Of a stretch of 64,000 nt of DNA, positions 20,636 through 31,844 are shown piece by piece. The stretch comes from an uncultured Thermoproteaceae archaeon (GTDB lineage: Archaea; Thermoproteota; Thermoprotei; Thermoproteales; Thermocladiaceae), in the NCBI GenBank assembly GCA_964575955.1, contig CAZNTG010000009.1, forward strand, positions 64,001 to 128,000. The letters run 5' to 3'. Position numbers and translations under genes: made by a program. The notes under the pieces are model-generated. The model did not search any database. It was not told the origin of the DNA and worked only from the letters and a program-made list of their open reading frames with translations. The number at the start of each line of letters is the position of its first letter. Position 1 is the stretch's first letter.

Positions 20636-21328
20636 ATGAGAAACATACTTGCACGTATAGTAGGTAGACTTGCACTAGATAAGAAGATTTTAGAAAACTT
20701 TTCTAGACATCTATCACTAACAGAAGAAGCTGTAAAAATACTTAGAGAAAATGTAAGAAATTCAAAAGAAATTATTAGAAGTAAAATTCAGGAAACTGTA
20801 CATTCTGTAAAAATATTAGAAGTAAGAGGTGATGAATTGATAAAGGAATCTTGGATATTTATAATTAAGTCAGGAGTACTACACCCACTATCAACTCCAC
20901 TAATATCATCAGTTATGAATAAGCTTGACGATATGTTGGATAATGTGAATGTTCTAGCATTAGAGATAGAGAGATATCTAGCACTACCTGATGAACATAC
21001 TAAGATGTGGGATAGAGTTTCAACATACCTATACTCAACACTACAACTATGTAGTGAAGCTATCAAGACATTGAGAGAGTCCATAGTTGAGACTATAAGA
21101 TTAGACGACTTGACAAATAATATATTGAAAGTTAATAATATAGAACATGAAGTTGATATTGCTAAAAATAGGATATTACTAGAATTTTCATCTAAAGCAA
21201 ATGAAATATCATGTCACGAGTATATACATGCTAGAATGATAGTTCAACTAGTAGATAATCTTGCTGATGCAGCTCAAGATCTTGCAAATCTCTTATTAAC
21301 ACTCTACACAATGCTTCCAGGAACCTGA
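20636..21328 (+). CDS. DUF47/PhoU-like phosphate transport regulator
   Basis: EVRGD...D and EHEVD...DNLAD repeats; upstream of PiT. Confidence 0.7.
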   Translation: MRNILARIVGRLALDKKILENFSRHLSLTEEAVKILRENVRNSKEIIRSKIQETVHSVKILEVRGDELIKESWIFIIKSGVLHPLSTPLISSVMNKLDDMLDNVNVLALEIERYLALPDEHTKMWDRVSTYLYSTLQLCSEAIKTLRESIVETIRLDDLTNNILKVNNIEHEVDIAKNRILLEFSSKANEISCHEYIHARMIVQLVDNLADAAQDLANLLLTLYTMLPGT

Positions 21329-21367
21329 TACAAAAGGATAATTAAACATCTCAAATATTGACTAAGT

Positions 21368-22033
21368 GTGAGACTACTAGACAGACTAGTGGGACTTTTT
21401 AAAGGTCAGGAAAGTACAATCTTCTCAAAACTTAAAGAACATCTAGAACTATCTATGAAAGCTCTTGAAGTATTAACATCACCAGAGTGTAGATTAGAGG
21501 AAAAGTGCTTAAGAAAGATTGTTGAACTTGAGAAGAGGGGAGATGAAATTTCTAGAGAGATTTCAGAACTACTATCTAGAGGTGCTGTAACAGCTCATGC
21601 ATTAAATATTATAGAAATAATGACAAATAAGATAGATGATATACTAGATGAAATATATGTACTATCTAAAGAACTTGAGAGAATGTTAAAATATTCAAAA
21701 AATAAGGATGTAGTACTGAGAGTATATGGATATGTTGTTGATGCTGGTAGAAAAGCTATAGCTGCAATAAGAGAATTACATACATTATATTCAAACATAA
21801 TTAATGGATCTATTCAAGATACTAGAAGTAGAATGAATGAGATAGAGAGGTTGGAGGAGGAGGTTGATGAATTGAAAGAGAGGATGCTAGATCAGATATA
21901 TAGTGATGCTGATAGGATGAGTATGGTAGAGTTCTACTCCGCAATATCAATAACATACATGCTTGACACAGTTGTTGATAAGCTTAGAGATTTAGCAGAA
22001 TTAACACTTCTACTCTTAATATCAATAACGTAA
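21368..22033 (+). CDS. DUF47/PhoU-like phosphate transport regulator
   Basis: LEKRGDE, IDDILD, LEEEVDE; adjacent to PiT. Confidence 0.8.
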   Translation: MRLLDRLVGLFKGQESTIFSKLKEHLELSMKALEVLTSPECRLEEKCLRKIVELEKRGDEISREISELLSRGAVTAHALNIIEIMTNKIDDILDEIYVLSKELERMLKYSKNKDVVLRVYGYVVDAGRKAIAAIRELHTLYSNIINGSIQDTRSRMNEIERLEEEVDELKERMLDQIYSDADRMSMVEFYSAISITYMLDTVVDKLRDLAELTLLLLISIT

Positions 22034-22914
22034 TGAAAATAGTAACATTAATCTTAACGACATTACTAACATACTTAATAAGTAGTAACAATCTTTCAGT
22101 ATGTGTAGGACCTCTAGTAAGTACTAGAATGTTAAATGAGAAAAATGCTCCAATATTTGCATACTTCAGCTATATTGTTGGACTATTGTTACAGAGTAAG
22201 CATATGGTACATATATCAGTATCAGGAACATTTCTAGACATATCTTTAGCAATAACGTTGATAATAGTCTTAATAGGAGAGGTGTTTAGAGTACCTGTAT
22301 CGCTGATGTACATATTATCTACAAGCATAATGACATATGGTCTAGTAGTGTCTAATAACTACAAGTTAATATATGCAGTATCATACTGGATATTGTCATC
22401 ATTCATAATATTTATACTATGTCCACCAATATTGAAAATATTACACTATGTTGGAAGTAGAAGACCAACAGTTGGAGCATCAGTATATAGATTTGTCTCA
22501 TATATAACATCATTTCTACTATGTATGAGCTTTGGTGCAAATAATATAGGATATCTATGGATGATCACAGGAGGAGACTATACATCACTAATACCTATAC
22601 TAATATCATCGATGTTGGGAACATTCATAACAGGTAGGAGAACACTAAATAAACTTGCAGGTGTATATGCATTAACATTAACAGGATGTCTAGTAGTTAC
22701 AACACTCTCATATGCTGTAGCTCAAATAGCAACATTTATTGGAATACCTGTAAGTTTCTCAGTACTTCTAGTATGCTCGCTGGTTGGTATTAGCTATGGT
22801 TATAGTATCAGGATAATAGACTATAAGTATGTTAAGAAAGCTTTAACAGTACTATACCTATCAATACCACTATCATTCACACTTACATTACTAACACTAT
22901 CTATAATACATTAA
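22033..22914 (+). CDS. Inorganic phosphate transporter, PiT family (divergent)
   Basis: SNNL and GANNIG motifs, PVS repeats, multi-TM. Confidence 0.75.
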   Translation: MKIVTLILTTLLTYLISSNNLSVCVGPLVSTRMLNEKNAPIFAYFSYIVGLLLQSKHMVHISVSGTFLDISLAITLIIVLIGEVFRVPVSLMYILSTSIMTYGLVVSNNYKLIYAVSYWILSSFIIFILCPPILKILHYVGSRRPTVGASVYRFVSYITSFLLCMSFGANNIGYLWMITGGDYTSLIPILISSMLGTFITGRRTLNKLAGVYALTLTGCLVVTTLSYAVAQIATFIGIPVSFSVLLVCSLVGISYGYSIRIIDYKYVKKALTVLYLSIPLSFTLTLLTLSIIH

Positions 22915-23850
22915 GAATTCTTTAACAATTCTACAAATTGCATAAGGACCTTCAAATGCTATAGCTGTAACAATCTGTACAGCAGATACACCATACTTCT
23001 CTAATAATTCATAAACTTGTTTACCATGAAATATTCCACCACAAGCAACAATCTCAATATCACTAAACTCTCTAACATACTTGACAATCCTCTTAACAAG
23101 TCTGTAGATTGGTAATCCACTAAAACCACCAACACCTGAAGACATGCAGGATGTTATAGTTGAAAATGAGTTTGATATTGTTAATCCAACATTACTATAC
23201 TTCTCACATATCTTAACTATCTCACGAACATCTAAACTCCTAGGTCTAACCTTAACTAGTATAGGCTTTCTACAGACACTACGAACATCTTCTAATAATC
23301 TATCTAAAATCTCAGAATTATGAAGATCCACACCTCTATATTGAGGACAACTTATGTTAATTTCAACAATCTTAACATTTTCGATATTATTCAAAATCTT
23401 TGACATAATTATAAATTCACTATTTGAAAAACCAGCAATATTACATATTATTGGTATATTAACTTTCAATCTTTCTAATCTAGCTACTACATATTTAAAA
23501 CCTTTTGAAGGTAATCCCATAGCATTTAACATAGCAAACTTATCAACATACCTATACAATCTAGGATGTCTATTACCAGATCTTGGATGCAGTGTTACTG
23601 ATCCAACTACATGAAAACCTGATATTTTAGAAAATATGTGTATTAATTCACCATTCTTATCAATACCTGCACCAACACCTATAGGTATAGGAATATCAAC
23701 ATTTAGAATTTTAAATCTAGTATTAAAAACTTCATAATTAGTATTACACAACTTCTCTATAGGTATGATACAGTACTTCATTAATATGTGAGATATTCTA
23801 TATGTAACTTCAGGATGTAGATATTTTAATAATCTTCTATATATTTTCAT
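22897..23850 (-). CDS. pyrD: Dihydroorotate dehydrogenase
   Basis: GAGIDKNG, GNRHPRL, NAMGLPS, NISCP, GGFSG. Confidence 0.9.
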   Translation of the reverse strand: MKIYRRLLKYLHPEVTYRISHILMKYCIIPIEKLCNTNYEVFNTRFKILNVDIPIPIGVGAGIDKNGELIHIFSKISGFHVVGSVTLHPRSGNRHPRLYRYVDKFAMLNAMGLPSKGFKYVVARLERLKVNIPIICNIAGFSNSEFIIMSKILNNIENVKIVEINISCPQYRGVDLHNSEILDRLLEDVRSVCRKPILVKVRPRSLDVREIVKICEKYSNVGLTISNSFSTITSCMSSGVGGFSGLPIYRLVKRIVKYVREFSDIEIVACGGIFHGKQVYELLEKYGVSAVQIVTAIAFEGPYAICRIVKEFLMYYR

Positions 23851-24335
23851 TATTCTCTAGATTTTAATAACATATACTCTATATCTTGTGCTGTATATAC
23901 AGTACCGCAGTAGTCACATTTAACTATTAGTGGATTTTTAGATATTGTAATAAATCTAGATTTTATAGGTTCTCTAGGTTTATTTGTAATACATTTACTA
24001 TTTAGACATTTTAATACTCCTTCAATCTTATCAGGTATTTCAACTTTAAACTTTTGAACAACCTCATAATTTTTAATGATGTTTATCGTTGCTGTTGGTG
24101 CAACTAGTGCTATTATTGATAACTCATCTTTAGATAGTTCTCTACTCTCAATCTTTATTATATCTTTCAATCCTAGTTTTCTACTATCAACATTCATCAC
24201 AAGTGCAACTCTAAAACCTTCCTTACCTGTAATTCCGAGAAGTTTCAATACTGTTAATGCTTTTCCAGCAGGTATATGATCTATCACAATTCCATCCTTA
24301 ATCTTCCTAATTATCAATTCTCTCTCCATATTCAC
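23850..24335 (-). CDS. pyrI: Aspartate carbamoyltransferase regulatory chain
   Basis: GIVIDHI, KDIIKIE, CxNxxCITN, CDYC. Confidence 0.95.
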   Translation of the reverse strand: MNMERELIIRKIKDGIVIDHIPAGKALTVLKLLGITGKEGFRVALVMNVDSRKLGLKDIIKIESRELSKDELSIIALVAPTATINIIKNYEVVQKFKVEIPDKIEGVLKCLNSKCITNKPREPIKSRFITISKNPLIVKCDYCGTVYTAQDIEYMLLKSRE

Positions 24336-25270
24336 ACCTTACTTTCTCTACCAAATATTAATGTTAATAATGCCATTCTCAGAGGAACACCATATGCTGC
24401 CTGTTTGAAATATCTTGCATATTTAGTATTATCAACTCTCGGATCTAACTCATCAACTCTAGGTAATGGATGTAGTATGATTAATGTATCTTTAACATTT
24501 TTCAAAGTTTCTAATGTTACTCTATAACTACCTCTAACTCTCTCATATTCAACAACGTCTGGAAATCTCTCTTTTTGAATTCTAACAACATATAGAACAT
24601 CTAGATATTTTATAACATCTTCAATATTTTCAACATGTTCGTACTTTATACCTGCAATGTCTAGTATTGTTAAGACTTCTCTCCTAGGTTTTAATGATTG
24701 TGGTGATATTAGATATATTTTTGAAGGTTTGAAAAGTGTTAAACCTTCAATAAATGATTTAACAGTTCTAGCATACTTCAAATCTCCCAATATTCCAATC
24801 GTGAGTCCATCAATTTCTCCAAGCTCTCTCCATATTGTGTATAGATCTAGCATTGCCTGTGTTGGATGATTTTGAGTACCATCACCAGCATTTATTACAG
24901 GATTTTCAGCTATCTCAGCTGCATATTTAGCAACACCTTCAAGACTATGTCTAATAACTATAGCATCAGCATATGCATCAAGCATTCTTATAGTATCAGC
25001 TATAGATTCACCCTTAGCTATAGATGTTGCTTCTTCACCAACAAATCCAATAGTACTACCACCAAGTCTATGCATTGCAGTTTCAAAACTTAATCTAGTT
25101 CTAGTACTTGGTTCAAAGAATGCTAATGCAAGTATCTTATCTTCAAGAATGTTTAATCTAGATCTAGAATACTTCTCCATAACCATCGTGAGATTGAAAA
25201 GTTCTTCAAGATCTTCACGTTTGAAGTCTAGTACAGATATAACATCTCTACCCTGCCAACCTCGACTCAT
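24332..25270 (-). CDS. pyrB: Aspartate carbamoyltransferase catalytic chain
   Basis: [23 protein letters not shown]. Confidence 0.97.
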   Translation of the reverse strand: MSRGWQGRDVISVLDFKREDLEELFNLTMVMEKYSRSRLNILEDKILALAFFEPSTRTRLSFETAMHRLGGSTIGFVGEEATSIAKGESIADTIRMLDAYADAIVIRHSLEGVAKYAAEIAENPVINAGDGTQNHPTQAMLDLYTIWRELGEIDGLTIGILGDLKYARTVKSFIEGLTLFKPSKIYLISPQSLKPRREVLTILDIAGIKYEHVENIEDVIKYLDVLYVVRIQKERFPDVVEYERVRGSYRVTLETLKNVKDTLIILHPLPRVDELDPRVDNTKYARYFKQAAYGVPLRMALLTLIFGRESKV

Positions 25271-25334
25271 CTCTATGATAGATATCGTACTTAGAACCTT
25301 TATAAATAGTGTAAATCTCTACAGGATGTAATAT

Positions 25335-26417
25335 CTATAGACTATCAACAATTTCAACATTTAAAGATTTAAATATCCTATCAATATCTTTACTAGATAT
25401 TGGATATCTACTACACAACCTTTCAAAGAGCTTTCTAGATATTAAATGTTTAATAACTTTACCATCTTTAACAACCTTCTTAGAATATTTTTGAATTTCA
25501 AAATACCACCTATAGATTCTATCACGTCTAGTCTGATTTAGAATTATAGCATCTTCAATATTCACATCTTCAAACCTGACTTTTAGTATTATATCGATAA
25601 TTCTATTAAGTCTATCAGGAACACCAATTATAGAACAGTCAATACATATCTTCATTCTTGGAATATTATATTCCCATAATCTATATTGTGAATATAGTCT
25701 ATATGTTCCAAACTTATCAACACGCTCCTTATCAATAATCCCACCTAGTATATACATGTTGTATGAAAATATATCACATTTAGTAAGTGTAAATTCACCT
25801 TCAGGATCTAGCATAACAATATTAAAATTCTTAATATTTCTTCTTATAAACTCTCTAAGATTTATCTTAAGTATATTAACTCTATGTACCATACCTGAAG
25901 TCTTACTCTTGAAGTATTGTATAAAATCTTCACTACATGATGTAAGTGTTAGATAGCTATCATATAGATATTTTCTCAATGTTTTTATACACATTATAAT
26001 TTGTTCTATAAGCTCTCTCTTCTCATTCTCCGTATGTTCATCCCAAAATGATAGATCAATAACGAAGTGTGGAAGACTTCTATATTTAAACTTGATATTA
26101 AGCATGTTTGAAATTTCTTCACGTATCTTGTCAGTTATGTTGTTAATACATTTTCTACTACTCCACCTAATGTAGTATTTTGATATTTCAGATCCAGAAC
26201 CATGTATTATCTTTATATTATCATACTCATATATTGTAGATCCTGATCTCTCTTCGTCAATACATATATTAATTCTACCGTTTAGTAGTAGTATTGCTAG
26301 TGCTTGAAATATATTTGAATTAAAATCTCTAACTTTGTATAGAGTTAGTCTATCTATATGAATTATGTTAATTCCATACTTCTTCAATATGTCTACTAAA
26401 ATCTCACCAAGCAACAT
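25335..26417 (-). CDS. trm10: tRNA m1A9/m1G9 methyltransferase (archaeal Trm10)
   Basis: LDPEG, ILGGIIDK, GVPDRLNRI SPOUT motifs. Confidence 0.8.
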   Translation of the reverse strand: MLLGEILVDILKKYGINIIHIDRLTLYKVRDFNSNIFQALAILLLNGRINICIDEERSGSTIYEYDNIKIIHGSGSEISKYYIRWSSRKCINNITDKIREEISNMLNIKFKYRSLPHFVIDLSFWDEHTENEKRELIEQIIMCIKTLRKYLYDSYLTLTSCSEDFIQYFKSKTSGMVHRVNILKINLREFIRRNIKNFNIVMLDPEGEFTLTKCDIFSYNMYILGGIIDKERVDKFGTYRLYSQYRLWEYNIPRMKICIDCSIIGVPDRLNRIIDIILKVRFEDVNIEDAIILNQTRRDRIYRWYFEIQKYSKKVVKDGKVIKHLISRKLFERLCSRYPISSKDIDRIFKSLNVEIVDSL

Positions 26418-26448
26418 TATAAAATCCTACATTATTGAGAGATGTGGG

Positions 26449-27948
26449 GTGTTCATAAACATAGCTGAGCTGGTATTAAGAGAGGTTGAAAGTTGTGTAA
26501 ATACTAAATCTATCTCTAGAATATTAAGCTATATTAAAGATGTGACTGAGAAGTACGTAGACGTTTTCATGACGTATACATTATATGAAGAGTGTAATGA
26601 TGAGAAGATAGATATAGAATCTATAATAGATAGAGCTAGATTAAGTACAGCACTTTTTCAAAGATTTGCAATACTATGTGACTCATACACGTTCAGGTTA
26701 GTGTATAACAGCATTAGAAGCATAGTAGTGAGAGGAGCTGTAGTATTGATAGTATTAGACTATCAGGATATTAGAGATATAGTACATGATCTAGACATTA
26801 TATACGATATTGAAAATATTGAAGAATATCCTAAAGCAATAGCAGAAGCTTTAGATATTAGTGAATCTATAGAAAAGGTAGTAATCCTGAGAATACCAAT
26901 ATTCATAAAACATGACTCTAGTGATAGAGAAGAAAAATTAGAAATATATAAGAGAAATATAGGACTATTCTATAGAGATTGGAAATACACATACGCATGG
27001 ATTAGCTCAGATATAAGATACATAGATAATAATGAGAAAATACAGAATAGATGTATAAGAATCTTAGAGATAGGTACTGGACAGGAATTAATAATAGTTG
27101 ATAAGCCATTAAGAAGATTTATACTAAATGGTGCAGATTTAGACAAGTATAGATTTATAATACCAGAAATATATACTATAAATAAGATTGAGAATATTAA
27201 TGCAAAATCAATAATAACAATATGTAGAAGATTTATTAGAAAATATGAAAAATACCACTATATAGATACCTATAAACTATATGAAAAATATGTTGAATAT
27301 TTAAGAAACAATATCACAGGTAAGGTTAGGCTATTATTATCAATACCCCTAACATTACTAAACCTATTTAAAGATTTGAACATTCTGGTTCTATCATCAT
27401 TCAAAATACCTAACATCTCCAAAACAGGTAAGTATGATGTGAGATTTATTACTAAAGTTCCTGAAAATATATTTGACTGTGTTGATATTCAAGTTAAGAA
27501 GATTAGTGAGTTAGAGATTTTTGAAGATAAGATTCCTAAATCAATAAACATAATATACCTATCTACGAAATTAGATTTTAAAGATATTGATAATATTAAT
27601 AAATTGCGTAGAACTTTAATAATAACATACTATGATGATGATATTGTTAAGTTTTTAAAACTTAAAGATGTTAAGTATGTTATTCTAGATATTGATAATG
27701 ATATTATTTATAGAATATATAAAGCTATTGGTAAAGTCTCTATAATACTACTAAAATACTATCCTAGAGGTGTAGTATGTAGATTCGAGTATTGTGATAG
27801 ATGTGGAATGTGTAGTAAATTGATGTGTAGAGCTATAACATTTCAGGATAGTCAAGTGAAGATTATTGATGAACTATGCGATAGATGTCAGGCATGTGTT
27901 GTAGCATGTACTAGAGGTGTATTTTCCCTGAAAGATCAAGAAGTTTAG
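26449..27948 (+). CDS. Degenerate indolepyruvate:ferredoxin oxidoreductase alpha-like protein with C-terminal 2x[4Fe-4S]
   Basis: C-terminal CDRCGMCxxxxC and CDRCQACVVAC; N-terminal layout resembles IorA; GTG 26449 avoids head-to-head overlap with trm10 (ORF track start 26365). Confidence 0.5.
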   Translation: MFINIAELVLREVESCVNTKSISRILSYIKDVTEKYVDVFMTYTLYEECNDEKIDIESIIDRARLSTALFQRFAILCDSYTFRLVYNSIRSIVVRGAVVLIVLDYQDIRDIVHDLDIIYDIENIEEYPKAIAEALDISESIEKVVILRIPIFIKHDSSDREEKLEIYKRNIGLFYRDWKYTYAWISSDIRYIDNNEKIQNRCIRILEIGTGQELIIVDKPLRRFILNGADLDKYRFIIPEIYTINKIENINAKSIITICRRFIRKYEKYHYIDTYKLYEKYVEYLRNNITGKVRLLLSIPLTLLNLFKDLNILVLSSFKIPNISKTGKYDVRFITKVPENIFDCVDIQVKKISELEIFEDKIPKSINIIYLSTKLDFKDIDNINKLRRTLIITYYDDDIVKFLKLKDVKYVILDIDNDIIYRIYKAIGKVSIILLKYYPRGVVCRFEYCDRCGMCSKLMCRAITFQDSQVKIIDELCDRCQACVVACTRGVFSLKDQEV

Positions 27949-28726
27949 GATCTACATTAAATTCAACTTCTAGTAATTCTCTCTCAACAGGACTTAATAC
28001 TGCTGGTATAACTATGCTATGTGGTGGTTCTTCACTATAGTTTTCAAAATTTTTTAGAATATCTACTTTAACTTTCATATTTGGATATCCAAGTCTAGAT
28101 ACAACAATCATTAACCTATCTTCACAAAATATACCTTCTCTCCTCCTATCTTCCATCATCTTTAATATCTTTATAGCATCATCTACAGGCATGAAACCTC
28201 CATCATCTTTAATATCTAGTAGTAGTATTGTGTGTAAATTTCTTGTAAGATTTTCCTTAGTAATTTCATAAGGTCTTTCTGATAAAACTCCAAGTCTTGG
28301 ATATGTTATAGTTGCTATAGGGCCAATCCTGTATGGACTTAATCCAAGTAGACTAATTATTGAATTTAATATTGAAACTCCATGTATAACTTCAACATCA
28401 TGACCTAACTTTCTAACTATTATTCTAACAGCTGTATGTGTTGTAGCTATCATAGGATCTCCAGGAACTAGTAGTGCAGTATCTTCACCTTTATTTAACA
28501 CATCTATAATCTTTCTACAATTATAATCTTCAATATCTTTTCTAGAAAGTTCTACAACTTCAATATCTCCAACATACCTCCTCAATACTTCTATCAATAA
28601 ATTTTTAGGTATTGGTGATGTGTAACATTCATAAAATACTATTCTAAGTTTCTTCAATACTTCTAAAGCTCTAACACTTATATAATCAGGATATATTCCA
28701 ACACCGATAATGTATAGTTTAGCCAT
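27911..28726 (-). CDS. dph5: Diphthine synthase
   Basis: ECYTS, PGDPMIATTH, HGVSI, LHTILLLD, PPHSIVIP. Confidence 0.92.
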   Translation of the reverse strand: MAKLYIIGVGIYPDYISVRALEVLKKLRIVFYECYTSPIPKNLLIEVLRRYVGDIEVVELSRKDIEDYNCRKIIDVLNKGEDTALLVPGDPMIATTHTAVRIIVRKLGHDVEVIHGVSILNSIISLLGLSPYRIGPIATITYPRLGVLSERPYEITKENLTRNLHTILLLDIKDDGGFMPVDDAIKILKMMEDRRREGIFCEDRLMIVVSRLGYPNMKVKVDILKNFENYSEEPPHSIVIPAVLSPVERELLEVEFNVDPKLLDLSGKIHL

Positions 28727-28752
28727 ACAAGACTAGATTATAGTACTGCAAT

Positions 28753-29442
28753 ATGAAGACTCTCCATCTAATAATTGCAGAGAGTGCACTTGAAACAATT
28801 CCAAAAGAGATAATTAATCATCCACAAATTTTGAAAGATGCTAAAAGAAGAGGAAAGGATCCACGCTTCATGATATTAGACAGATCTAGACATCATGAAG
28901 CAATGAAAAATTTGAAAGATTCACATAAGAGAGGTAGACCTGACATAGTATACCTATCTCTACAGGTAACACAGTACACACCTATGAATAGTGTTGGATT
29001 ATTAAGAACTTACATACATACTATAGATAATAAAGTAATATTTATAGATCCAACAACAAGAATACCACGTAATTATAACAACTTTATTGGACTAATAGAA
29101 CAATTATATAAACTTAGTAGAGTTCCACCAACAGGAAAACCACTATTAACATTGAGAAATATGAATCTAAAAGAGTTGATAGATTATATAAATCCTAGTG
29201 TAGTGATACTTCTAGATGATGTTAAAGGTATTGAAATAACATTTAGAGATTTAGTTAACCAAATTATAAATCTAGAATATCCATGTATTATTGTTGGAGG
29301 ATTTCCACATGGTGAATTTAGTGAATTTACATACAGGATTGTTGATAAGGTGTATAAAATTGGTAAGTATGTGTACTCTACATTTCTAATAATATCAAAA
29401 CTAATAACATATATAGAGAATAGAATTGGTCTTGAGGAGTAG
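28753..29442 (+). CDS. nep1: rRNA small subunit pseudouridine N1-methyltransferase Nep1/Emg1
   Basis: LDRSRH, RGRPDI, RIPRNYNNF, GGFPHG. Confidence 0.93.
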   Translation: MKTLHLIIAESALETIPKEIINHPQILKDAKRRGKDPRFMILDRSRHHEAMKNLKDSHKRGRPDIVYLSLQVTQYTPMNSVGLLRTYIHTIDNKVIFIDPTTRIPRNYNNFIGLIEQLYKLSRVPPTGKPLLTLRNMNLKELIDYINPSVVILLDDVKGIEITFRDLVNQIINLEYPCIIVGGFPHGEFSEFTYRIVDKVYKIGKYVYSTFLIISKLITYIENRIGLEE

Positions 29443-29443
29443 A

Positions 29444-30637
29444 CTAGGTTTTTGCAATATTTATATTTGCATCTTTAACATCTTTCCTATTAACTGTATT
29501 ATTTACCTCTTTTCTAGCTCTCTTAAACTCTTTCAATTTCCTCATAGTGTACACTAGCGGATTTTTAACACCACATGAACCTCCTGTTGGGCATAATCCT
29601 AAGCTTTGAAGTTCATCACAGTTTGGTGGTAGGTAGAATTTTCTGCCACCTACGAGACCTGCAATATGCTGTACTTGATATCTAGTCTTTCTTTCATCAA
29701 AATCTGCAACAGTTCTAAATAGATCTACAACTTTTTCAATAGCATCATTTATATCAACCTTTAGAAGTTTAATGTAGTAGTTTAGTAGAAAACTTGCAAC
29801 TGTAAATCTAGCCATGTGGCTTGGATTACCTCCACTTCTAATATCGCTAATTATCGCCTGTATACATGGTGGAAATATTTGATCTTCACTAACTTTACCA
29901 CTAATTTTTGAAATTTCTATTCTAGGTATGAACATCTTCTCTATCTTTCTCAATCTATCTCCAATAATCTCTCTAATACTTGAACATATAATATCATTTT
30001 TTGAAGAATTTTCAATCATATTCAATATCTGCTTTTCTACAGCCTCTTCAACAAGTCTTGCAAGTTCTCTATATGTTAAAAGTACATAGCCCCTAGCTAG
30101 ATATCTGTTAGTTAATTTCCAATTTGGATCATTTTTCGGACGATATTTTAAATATGTCCATACAGGTATTGCAATGTCGAAAAATATGTTAAGTTTTTCA
30201 CATTTTACAACATCTCTAACCTGTCTTGTATATATTCCAAACTCCTCAGCTATATACAATATGCAGTCTCTATCGATTTCTAAACATAGATTATCACTCA
30301 TATACTTACTTAAGACATCTGCAAATCTAGTCCATACCTTCCTATCTAGCTGTGCAACTATCAATATTGAGAGGTATGTACATATTAGAAATGTCTCAAC
30401 ATCAGAAAGATATTCTTGAGGAATGCTACCTCTCTTCAATACATGTTCTACAAAATTTACACTTCTCTCAACAATATCTCTATCTTTTAGAAGATCTTCA
30501 AGTATGTATTTGGATATTCTCTGCTTTCCCTCTCTAGTAAATGGGTATCTAAGTATGAATCTATCATAGTCTTCTAAACATCTTGGCAATATCACGATTA
30601 TAGTAGACTTAAATAATATATAAGGTAGCGTTTTCAC
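29444..30637 (-). CDS. priL: DNA primase large subunit (true start may be slightly downstream)
   Basis: RYPF, WKLTNR, FPPCI, HMARF, TRYQVQHI, PPNC, C...KNP. Confidence 0.92.
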   Translation of the reverse strand: MKTLPYILFKSTIIVILPRCLEDYDRFILRYPFTREGKQRISKYILEDLLKDRDIVERSVNFVEHVLKRGSIPQEYLSDVETFLICTYLSILIVAQLDRKVWTRFADVLSKYMSDNLCLEIDRDCILYIAEEFGIYTRQVRDVVKCEKLNIFFDIAIPVWTYLKYRPKNDPNWKLTNRYLARGYVLLTYRELARLVEEAVEKQILNMIENSSKNDIICSSIREIIGDRLRKIEKMFIPRIEISKISGKVSEDQIFPPCIQAIISDIRSGGNPSHMARFTVASFLLNYYIKLLKVDINDAIEKVVDLFRTVADFDERKTRYQVQHIAGLVGGRKFYLPPNCDELQSLGLCPTGGSCGVKNPLVYTMRKLKEFKRARKEVNNTVNRKDVKDANINIAKT

Positions 30638-31797
30638 TCAAACTCTATAGTTGCTGGTGGTTTTGGTGTAATATCATAACCAACTGCTGAAACTTCTGGA
30701 CATTCATTAAATACTTTATTAGAAATCTCTCTTAAGTATTGTATTGGTATCTTAGCAACTCTAGCAGTCATAAAGTTGCTAGTTATTACAGCTCTAATAG
30801 CTATGAAGTACTTTCCTGAACTTCTTCTATCTAATTCATATACTACATGTGCAATATCTGGTCTTCTAGTAGTTATATACATGTATACTCTATACATCTC
30901 ATCTTCAGAGAGTTCACCTCTAATCAATGCTATTGGACCATAAACTCTAGAATCACCTTTAACACCTGTACCTCTAGCTTTTGTAAATATGTAAACTTCT
31001 AAATCTTTCTTAAGACTAGTCTTCAATATTCTTGTCAGATCTTCGTCAATATCATACTCATCTTCCCATATTGCTGCAAACCATTGACTTAATGAGAATT
31101 TTTCTAACATCTTCTCAACAATATCATGAGCTTTCTTCAAAACTTCAAGCTTTTCAATATAGAACTCTCCAACACATCTAACAAGTAGTCCAGGTCCTGG
31201 AAATGGTTGTCTATAGACTATCTCATCAGGTATTCCTAAATATTTAGCTACTGCACGTACCTGATCTTTATAAAGTTCTCTTAGTGGTTCTACAACTTTA
31301 AAACCAAATTCACGTACAGGATCTATACCGACATGTTCAAGAACATTATGTTGTGTCTTTATACCACCTCTAGTCTCAATCCAGTCAGGTGCTATTGTTC
31401 CCTGTACAAGCCATTCACATTTCTTTAAATTTGCAATTTCTGAAAGTGTTTTATAGAAGATCTTTCTAAAAGTTATACGCTTAATCTCAGCATCTTTTAA
31501 ACCTCTTAACTCTCTATAAAATCTATCTTTAACATCTATCAACTCTATACTTGGCAATACTTTACGAAGAATATTTACAACCTTCTCAGGTTCATTTAAT
31601 CTCATAAATCCTGTATCTAGAAATATTGGACATAGTTTTTCACCAATTGCACGATATGTTAATACTGCAGCAGTTGTAGAATCAACACCACCACTAACAG
31701 CTGCTAATGCTCTTGTAATTCCTAACTTCCTAATCTCCTCTATACATTTCTGTACAAATTCTTCAGGTTTAAATCCTTCTAAAGCTATTGTAGACAT
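30634..31797 (-). CDS. guaAB: GMP synthase, ATP pyrophosphatase subunit B
   Basis: SGGVDS, QGTIAPD, IKTQHN, RQPFPGPGL, KPPATIEFE; ATG 31797 preferred over TTG 31821. Confidence 0.93.
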   Translation of the reverse strand: MSTIALEGFKPEEFVQKCIEEIRKLGITRALAAVSGGVDSTTAAVLTYRAIGEKLCPIFLDTGFMRLNEPEKVVNILRKVLPSIELIDVKDRFYRELRGLKDAEIKRITFRKIFYKTLSEIANLKKCEWLVQGTIAPDWIETRGGIKTQHNVLEHVGIDPVREFGFKVVEPLRELYKDQVRAVAKYLGIPDEIVYRQPFPGPGLLVRCVGEFYIEKLEVLKKAHDIVEKMLEKFSLSQWFAAIWEDEYDIDEDLTRILKTSLKKDLEVYIFTKARGTGVKGDSRVYGPIALIRGELSEDEMYRVYMYITTRRPDIAHVVYELDRRSSGKYFIAIRAVITSNFMTARVAKIPIQYLREISNKVFNECPEVSAVGYDITPKPPATIEFE

Positions 31798-31844
31798 ATG
31801 CTTTATGAAGTATATCTTCAAGATTAATAAAGATAGTCCTAGGT

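Noticed and set aside
30634-31100. Apparently duplicated C-terminal domain of GuaAB
   Set aside because: I recall similar extended C-termini in other crenarchaeal GMP synthases, so it is not clearly novel
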